The notes beneath the pieces were generated by a model. That model searched no databases. It saw nothing but the letters and a program-made list of their open reading frames with translations, and was not told the origin of the DNA. This document shows, piece after piece, positions 36,795 to 45,018 of a stretch of DNA of 45,018 nt. The stretch is from Octopus bimaculoides (Eukaryota). Position numbers and translations under genes: made by a program. Location: NCBI RefSeq assembly GCF_001194135.2, contig NC_068990.1, positions 2,974,440-3,019,457 on the forward strand, written 5' to 3'. The stretch's first letter is position 1; each line of letters begins with the position of its first letter.

Positions 36795-36978
36795 CTCACA
36801 TTTTTATATTTGACCGATATTTGTCCTCATCTTGTTTGCTGTTAACACAACGTTTCGGCTGATATATCCTCCAGCCTTCATCAGGTGTCTTGGGGAATTT
36901 TCGAACCTGGGTTCTCATTCCTAAGGTATTTTTCGATGTTATTATTATTATTCAGCTCAGTGCCTGTAGTCGAAGGAC
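36795..36978 (-). mobile_element. Composite element copy 3: end of tRNA-like head, short (AAT)n, hammerhead unit
   Basis: Reverse complement: ccttcgactacaggcactgagctg(aat)4aacatcgaaaaataccttaggaatgagaacccaggttcgaaaattccccaagacacCTGATGAaggctggaggatatatcagccGAAAcgttgtgtt. Confidence 0.85.
36844..36889 (-). ncRNA. Minimal type I hammerhead ribozyme motif, best-preserved copy
   Basis: Stem I gacac/gtgtt, core CUGAUGA plus an extra A, stem II GGCUG/CAGCC, GAAA, palindromic stem III ACGU and putative GUU cleavage triplet. Confidence 0.75.
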
Positions 36979-37314
36979 TATATATATATATATATNNNNN
37001 NNNNNNNNNNNNNNNNNNNNNNNNNNNNNNNNNNNNNNNNNNNNNNNNNNNNNNNNNNNNNNNNNNNNNNNNNNNNNNNNNNNNNNNNNNNNNNNNNNNN
37101 NNNNNNNNNNNNNNNNNNNNNNNNNNNNNNNNNNNNNNNNNNNNNNNNNNNNNNNNNNNNNNNNNNNNNNNNNNNNNNNNNNNNNNNNNNNNNNNNNNNN
37201 NNNNNNNNNNNNNNNNNNNNNNNNNNNNNNNNNNNNNNNNNNNNNNNNNNNNNNNNNNNNNNNNNNNNNNNNNNNNNNNNNNNNNNNNNNNNNNNNNNNN
37301 NNNNNNNNNNNNNN

Positions 37315-37351
<37 letters not shown>

Positions 37352-38633
37352 CAAGAACACGAAATCATTTTTGTCGCTTTCTATGGAAACAAATGTGTTT
37401 ATAGGGCTGCGAAAAAGAAGCGTTCAAATGTAAATGAGACAAAGATACAGAAATATTGTGCATAGAACAAACATCAAATTCGAGTCAATGACCTTATATA
37501 TAAAACCATACCTCAAATAGTTGATCGTATATAAATATTACCATGGTTCTTAAACATATAAAAATAATACATATACATAAAAACACAGAAGGTAAAATAT
37601 ATATATGCGAATAAAATACAAATATGTAGAACGGCCTATCAAAAAGGGAAATATAAACGACTAAAAATTCATAAAAACTCTGAAACCTGTGATGCTACAA
37701 AAAAATAATAAACTAAGATAAAATAAAATATCACTCCACTAAAAATATTTTTAAAAAGGGTTTTTTTTATTACTCTCAGAGAATAGTACTTCCCAAAAGT
37801 TCAATTTTTTAAACCATGGTAGGTTAGAGTCCATGAGCAAAAAGGGTTCCACAAAATCAAATGAAACACACTTGTGGCCATTTCGGGAGCTCATTACCGC
37901 GGATTGATTACTTTTAAAGTGCATCATGGCAATGACCCCCTCATTAGGATGAACAGGAAATACACACAGAACAAAACTAAAAGGTTCATACGACGACGCA
38001 TGGCAATTTTAAAGATAAACCCATCACAGGACAAGACCAAATTTTCTAAAAAAAAGAAAAAAGTTTTTNNNNNNNNNNNNNNNNNNNNNNNNNNNNNNNN
38101 NNNNNNNNNNNNNNNNNNNNNNNNNNNNNNNNNNNNNNNNNNNNNNNNNNNNNNNNNNNNNNNNNNNNNNNNNNNNNNNNNNNNNNNNNNNNNNNNNNNN
38201 NNNNNNNNNNNNNNNNNNNNNNNNNNNNNNNNNNNNNNNNNNNNNNNNNNNNNNNNNNNNNNNNNNNNNNNNNNNNNNNNNNNNNNNNNNNNNNNNNNNN
38301 NNNNNNNNNNNNNNNNNNNNNNNNNNNNNNNNNNNNNNNNNNNNNNNNNNNNNNNNNNNNNNNNNNNNNNNNNNNNNNNNNNNNNNNNNNNNNNNNNNNN
38401 NNNNNNNNNNNNNNNNNNNNNNNNNNNNNNNNNNNNNNNNNNNNNNNNNNNNNNNNNNNNNNNNNNNNNNNNNNNNNNNNNNNNNNNNNNNNNNNNNNAT
38501 ATATATATATATATATACCAGAGATTTTAAACAAGTTGTTTTTCTCCATACGATTACTGCCGTTTCGCAGCCGTCATCACTTTACAATAATTTCATTGTA
38601 TAATAAATCATTTTACATGTCAACTGTATTGTG

Positions 38634-38782
38634 CACCGCCTTTAGTGTCGAGCAAATCGATCCCAGGACCTATTTTTTGTAAGCTCAGTAATTATTCTAT
38701 CGATCTCCTTTGCCGGGGACGTAAACACACCACCATCGGTTGTCAAGCGATGTTGGAGGGATAAACACAGACACACAAACAT

Positions 38783-38863
<81 letters not shown>

Positions 38864-39030
38864 CGACGGGCGTCTTTCAGTTACCGTCTACCAAATCCAC
38901 TCACAAGGCTTTCCTCGGCCTGAGGCTATAGTAGAAGACAATTGCCCAAGGTGCCACGCAGTGGGACTGAACACGGAACCATGTGGTTCGTAAGCAGGCT
39001 AATTACCACACAGTCACTCCTACGCCTATA
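38634..39030 (-). mobile_element. Near full-length SINE family 1 with internal (GATA)n/(AC)n tract
   Basis: Reverse complement head ggcgtaggagtgactgtgtggtaattagcctgcttacgaaccacatggttccgtgttcagtcccactgcgtggcaccttgggcaattg is tRNA-like. The 3' part matches 1-141. Confidence 0.85.
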
Positions 39031-40148
39031 ATGTATTCCTTTGCAAAATGTATTAGGATGTACTGCAAGTATGGTATTAAGCATGCATCCCGTCTATTGT
39101 CGAAGGATTTCTTGCGATGCATATTTTCAAATAAAATTAAAATTGTTCTTGATAATAATATTGTAAAAATGCAAATTATTCTTCGTAAAACAATAAAAGT
39201 GACAATAAATTCCTTCCAAGTTGCCCACCATTGCATGATACTGAATTCAATTCCACCAATCCCTTGGAATCCAATTATACTTTGAACATAGCCACACTCT
39301 TGTGTAATACATTGGTACGGCTGCACTAGTATATATGCCATAAATATTCGCATTTACGCTGATGGGAAACGCTGACGATCTAGAGTTCATTTTATCTTGT
39401 AAAACCATTGCGATCGAATAAAGGTCAAACCTGGAAACTACGTAATATAACAGATAAACTAAGTATAGAGAATCATGTATTTAATATGTTATCTTAATTA
39501 TTTAACCTAAATTTCTATATTTATTGAACATACAATTTATTTTACATTATCAATTAGGTTTCATAAATGCTCTTTATTTACTGAATCTAAATCTACTACA
39601 TCTTGTCTTTCAACCTCTTCAATTGAACATACATATTTATACACCTACTAAATTTTCCATATTATTCACAGCTCTATTTAACTGTTATCTAATTTATTTT
39701 ATTCCCCTTCAATTTCACCTATAAGTATATATTTTTAGTGGAAATTCATTGAAAATTATTTGTAATTCGTCGTATATTTCCTACACACTAGATTAATATG
39801 ACATAAATTTTCTAAATAAAACTGTTGATTAAATAATGACATTGATTTAATGATCATGTTATCAGTTTCACACACCCCGGAAAAATAATTGTATTTTATA
39901 ATTGTAATTAATGTTATATATGTTATATATTCATCCATCAATTTGTATGCCTATATAACTAGATTCGATCTTCTTATCGAAAATGATTGACGATACGCAG
40001 TTCCATTAAATATATTTTAAATACAATCATTGTACATGAATATGCATGTGTTAGTATGTGCTTGTATGTGCTCATAAGGGGAGAAAATCCATCATTTATT
40101 CCCAAAATATATATTTATTTATATAAGGGCATTACTATACAATGATGT

Positions 40149-40554
40149 CTCACGCTATGAGGGACTCTAAGGTCAGACTACCATAAAAAACACATTTTAA
40201 CCGAACGCAAGGAAATGCAACTCTCAGAGCCAGCGCCTTAAAAACAGACTGAATTATAGATCATGATTTCTTAGTTATTGTAGTATTATACAACCTCTAC
40301 TCGTCAGTATAATATGGTCAAGATAAATATAGGTAAACAGAAAATCCACATACCAAACGAACACCGCGTATCCAATATAGTACATAGAAGACTGTTCATC
40401 GCTCTTTACCTATGTAAGTGGCGGGAATTTCGAATTGCATCTCGGTACATGTGTTTTTTCTCAGAATAAATTCAGCATTGAATATATTCTGGTTATATAT
40501 TTCAAAATGAGTTTTTTTATGATAGTCTGACCTTAGAGTCCCTCATAGCGTGAG
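40149..40554. mobile_element. MITE-like element with ~45-bp terminal inverted repeats; right end abuts a gap
   Basis: ctcacgctatgagggactctaaggtcagactaccataaaaaa ... tttttttatgatagtctgaccttagagtccctcatagcgtgag. Confidence 0.85.
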
Positions 40555-41630
40555 NNNNNNNNNNTATATATATATATGTACGTATATATATATATATACA
40601 TATATTTACACATCAAATAAAAAAGATCGTGACCCAATAATATATGTTTTGGGAAATCTACTTAGGCATTTGTTTTCCTGTGTGGATATTAGCTGAAATA
40701 GTTATATAAGTCTCTTATTTACATTAATAATTTTTACCGGATAACGATCCTATTTTGTTGTAGTTTCCTTCTTTTGTTTTTTACGGACATGACCTTTCTC
40801 CCTTTTCCTTCAACGTATTAATTGAATTCCAAAGTGCTTACTGCTTACAATAATGGAATTTAGACAGAAATTTTGTAAACTTCAAATTGTGAATTATGAA
40901 ACCGAGTGAAGTTATCCAGTCGTGTGGATTTTGTTTCTGTAACAAATATGCACCACTTTGCCCCATCATTTGTACCAGAACGAATGAAGAAGACTATCCA
41001 CTGGGAAGAATATATTCGTCTAGTTTTATATAATTTTATCTTTTATTGATGTAGACAGTGATTATTGCATCTCCTGTCTCCTGCGGCGAGCATCTCTTTC
41101 TGCTATCCTATGTTATCATTATACTCATACACAGTGGCATGCTACTTTCATTTTGACGTATTTGACGTATGTTAGTTGCTAAGAATGTTTGTACTATATA
41201 ACAGCTGAAATAGCTTGAATCTTTAATTCTAGTTCTCATTAGAATAACTAGTAAATTCCAACAAGAATTGACAACTATACAACTTTGACAAACCACAAGT
41301 GTTCATCTAATGGCAGACTTGTCACCCGTACGCACCTATCACTGTCTCTAGTTTCCTCTAAATCATATCACATTTCTTTTAACCCCATGTGACGCTCATC
41401 AATGCAAGATCTATAATTTTACACCCAACGGAAATTGTACTGCCAATTTACATGAAGGCATTCCCACAAGTACATTACATATTGAGGAAAGAATTATATT
41501 TGTTCTTTCCTTTTATAATAAAGACATGGCTACGTTTATTTGCATCCAGAAACATAAATGCTAATGTTACTATTAGGACACAATGAACTAGACAGTTGTG
41601 TGCAATGTTTTACCAAAAAAGGAAAACTAT

Positions 41631-42052
41631 AATTGTCACTAAGTATGATTACGGTGCTGGAACATCTACGGTACTAGAAATAAGAGCTAAAAAGCTGTAA
41701 TGTTATATAGTTAAAGCACATAATTGTATATATAAGTATTGTCTGTACTAATTTTTTGTTTACACATTAGCGATTTGTCAAATCACCCATAGATTTTTAT
41801 GATGAATACATATGTATTGACAAGGAATTAAGTCCGGAATAAGCCAAATCTAGAGTTCCCTACTGATGTGGTTACGGAATTAGCCGAAACTGACCGATCA
41901 GTACAGGGAATTTGTCGCCCGACGAGAAAAGCGATTTTCGGGCGATTACAGTCCCTGTCAATACACATATATACAATTATGTGCTTTAACTACAGCATTT
42001 TGACTCTTATTTCTAGCAATGTAAATGACCTAAAACTCTACTCATGACAATT
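41631..42052. mobile_element. Element with diverged inverted arms around a GC-richer structured core
   Basis: ctagaaataagagctaaaaagctgta..gttaaagcacataattgtatata (41674-41741) is inverted at 41959-42016. aattgtca / tgacaatt lie at the outer ends. Confidence 0.7.
41856..41910 (+). ncRNA. Three-stem type I hammerhead-like motif, two substitutions from canonical
   Basis: TTCCCT-A CTGATGT GGTTA cggaat TAGCC GAAA CTGA ccga TCAG TA C-AGGGAA. Stems I, II and III pair and the triplet is GUA; deviations are A9 to U and an A-C mismatch at the base of stem I. Confidence 0.7.
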
Positions 42053-43295
42053 ATATATAAGTGTGTGTGTGTGTGTGCGTGTGTGTGCGTGTGCGTGTTT
42101 GTGTGTGAGTGTGTGTGTGTGTGTGTATGCGCGCGCGTGTGCTTGCGTGGATGGTACAAGGCAAGAAAGTGCAGCGTCAAATTATAACATCGTTATATGT
42201 GCTCTTTTTATAGCAATTACTTATGGATTGCGTAATTTAATTGATAATTGCTAACGATGGAAAAACGTGTAAAGATATATGGAAATAATTTGGCATTATA
42301 TGTTCCGATCTTGCAATAATTACCTGTATTGTCTTGAAATTATAGCCTAGAAAACACTGACATAGAATTATAGAACGATTCAGATTATGGGAGAATATTC
42401 CCGACAGGCATCTCTTTGGGCGTGTTGTGGAGGAATAGAATTCTAACTGACTGAGTATATATCGTTAACATTATATACATAAGACTAATATGTATATATG
42501 CGTGTATGTAATTATGTAAGCTTATATGTAATTTTGTATGTATGTATAAATGTATGTACCCACTTATATATGTATGTATGTACACAGTTATGTTCTCATG
42601 CAGCTGTTTATCTTAATAATTGTATATCTATGCATAAACAGAATTGTGTGTGACTTAAACCGACTCATATTGACATATTTGATTTTAATTTCACTGTACA
42701 GTCATTGAGCACACATTTTTGTACACCTAATTAATTCATTAACCTCCAAGACTGTGCTCGAATAAAGCATAATTAATTCACATTGGATTCTGCGAAATCA
42801 AGAACACATTTTTGTTTGCATAGAAATTATCTTATAAACGACGACATGTCTGCTTTTGTCTTGTATGAAATTAAATATGTTACCACATTTTGGAGAGAAT
42901 ATACAGAAAACTGGCATGTTGATGGGGTAATGAAAATATTAATTGTAGATAGCCAGTAATAGAGAAATTTAACTCAAAATTCTTACGTACCCTACGAAAA
43001 TGCAACAAATTACATGGCAAGCAGTAATTAAATAATTATGAATATAGCACTTGTTATTATATATAACTGTATTTTACCTTTTCCTTTTTACATTTTAGTT
43101 CTTGTGTTTTCGTTTGCCGTTTTTTTTTTACCTTCTATATGCTGCCTACTCAGTTTTTTCGAATTTCTTATTCAATTTTTGTAGTTCGCTTTGATATGTG
43201 GCTTGCGCCTGACGAATATGTATGACATATTTCACAACATATGAACTATTAGTATAGCACTTAAAGATATCTATTGTCCTTTCAATAAACAATAA

Positions 43296-43441
43296 TTATC
43301 TCTCACCAGATGGAATGCTTACTTGCTGAATTTCCTATCATGGAACTGTACATTTCATGTATATATATATATATATACATGAAATGTACAGTTCCATGAT
43401 AGGAAATTCAACAAGCAAGCATTCCATCTGGTGAGAGATAA
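43296..43441. repeat. Near-perfect ~146-bp palindrome centred on (TA)n
   Basis: ttatctctcaccagatggaatgcttacttgctgaatttcctatcatggaactgtacatttcatg(ta)n catgaaatgtacagttccatgataggaaattcaacaagcaagcattccatctggtgagagataa. Confidence 0.95.
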
Positions 43442-44685
43442 CTATGTGTATGTACACACACACACACACACACANNNNNNNNNNNNNNNNNNNNNNNNNN
43501 NNNNNNNNNNNNNNNNNNNNNNNNNNNNNNNNNNNNNNNNNNNNNNNNNNNNNNNNNNNNNNNNNNNNNNNNNNNNNNNNNNNNNNNNNNNNNNNNNNNN
43601 NNNNNNNNNNNNNNNNNNNNNNNNNNNNNNNNNNNNNNNNNNNNNNNNNNNNNNNNNNNNNNNNNNNNNNNNNNNNNNNNNNNNNNNNNNTATATATATA
43701 TATATATATATGGAGGACAAGTTTTCAGTATTTATTATATTACTGCTATAGCGATTTTTTGGTTTTGATTTGTTTTGTTTTTTTCTTCTCTAAATATCAC
43801 AGTGAATATCAAGAGCTGAAAAACCTTGGTTCCATTGTAAAATGAGTTAAGAGTGCAAAACATGGGTCATTCATGAGGACTTATATTGCAGAAGCTAAGT
43901 CTGAACTCCCAAAACTCTAACTATATGCAAACGGCTCTCATAATTTGCAACTACCATTAAAAATAATTTAAAACTTTCGAATTGTAAACTCGAAAGCACC
44001 TAGGGAATGTTGAAAGTATATCTAGCACACATTGACGCAATTCCTAAATGAACCTGGTATAAAAATGAAGACAAACAATATTAAAATAGATGTAAATTTC
44101 CATTTACCCTACATCCTATTTGAAAATTTAAACCCGATTCCATGACCGAATCATACACATATACACGTACATAAATACATACATACATACATATACAAAT
44201 ATACATATATACACGGATATACATGTATGTGTGCATGCATGCATATGAGTGTGTGTGTGTGTATGGCTTTCTGCCTGCCTGTCTGTCTGTCTGCTTGTCT
44301 GTCTGTCTGTGTTTTCTCTGGAAATTTTCCCTCTGGGATTCGAACTATTAAGTAATTAATGAGAATTTCGTTGAAATTAATAAGATTCTTAGCCATGATA
44401 GTAATAGTGTAGACATTATAACTTTCTTTCAAAGTATTTCTTCTGTGACAGCAGAACATATGATCTTTGTTGCATGCTTTTTTGTGAGTGTGTGATAGAC
44501 TTTTTTCTATGTGCAGTACAACCCGACGTGAAGGTGTTGACATTACATGCAAGGTTAGAAAGAAATCGAAGAACCGGCCGAGAAATAGATGAGAGTATAG
44601 GGAGGTAGTAGATACTGAGAATGATACAGAATGAAAGAAGAGAAAAGTGTTAGTAATAACAGATATAGATATTGTGCATCTGTGA

Positions 44686-44725
44686 TTAGATAGATAGATA
44701 GATAGATAGACAGATAGATGGATAC

Positions 44726-44778
<53 letters not shown>

Positions 44779-44813
44779 CAGATAGACAGACAGATAGATA
44801 GATAGATAGATAG
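44686..44813. repeat. (GATA)n/(GACA)n microsatellite
   Basis: Directly visible. Confidence 0.97.
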
Positions 44814-45018
44814 TACCTTTGCTCCCTTCACCAGCAGCAAGCGAAAGAGAGGAAGGAAAAAGCCACAACACCACTGACACAAATACCACATCTACTACCA
44901 ATACCAGTACCAGCACCAGCAACAACAATAACAACAATAACACAAACAAAAACTTTGCTGAAGCTTTGAAGCAAAGTGAAACTGTTGTGTCCTACACAAC
45001 AAAAGAAATAATAGAGAT

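Overview
AT-rich eukaryotic genomic DNA from a gapped draft assembly. It is dense in (AT)n, (AC)n, (AAT)n, (AG)n and (GATA)n microsatellites, and most N-gaps abut them. The repeat content resembles an octopus genome, but that is inference from pattern recognition, not a database result. I recognise no intact host protein-coding gene. The window is a decayed-transposon landscape: a CR1/L2-like LINE RT remnant, mariner and Tc1 transposase remnants, at least six fragments of R4/Dong-like RLE non-LTR retrotransposons, Penelope-like GIY-YIG remnants, many tRNA-derived SINE copies and several foldback/MITE-like elements. The most interesting signal is a composite element of tRNA-like head, (AAT)n linker and minimal hammerhead ribozyme, in three copies. 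Two copies are head-to-head at 19.65-20.79 kb, and one of these has an R4/Dong-like element inserted in its (AAT)n linker. An unrelated full three-stem hammerhead-like motif lies at 41856-41910. All alignments and folds were done by eye and need computational confirmation.
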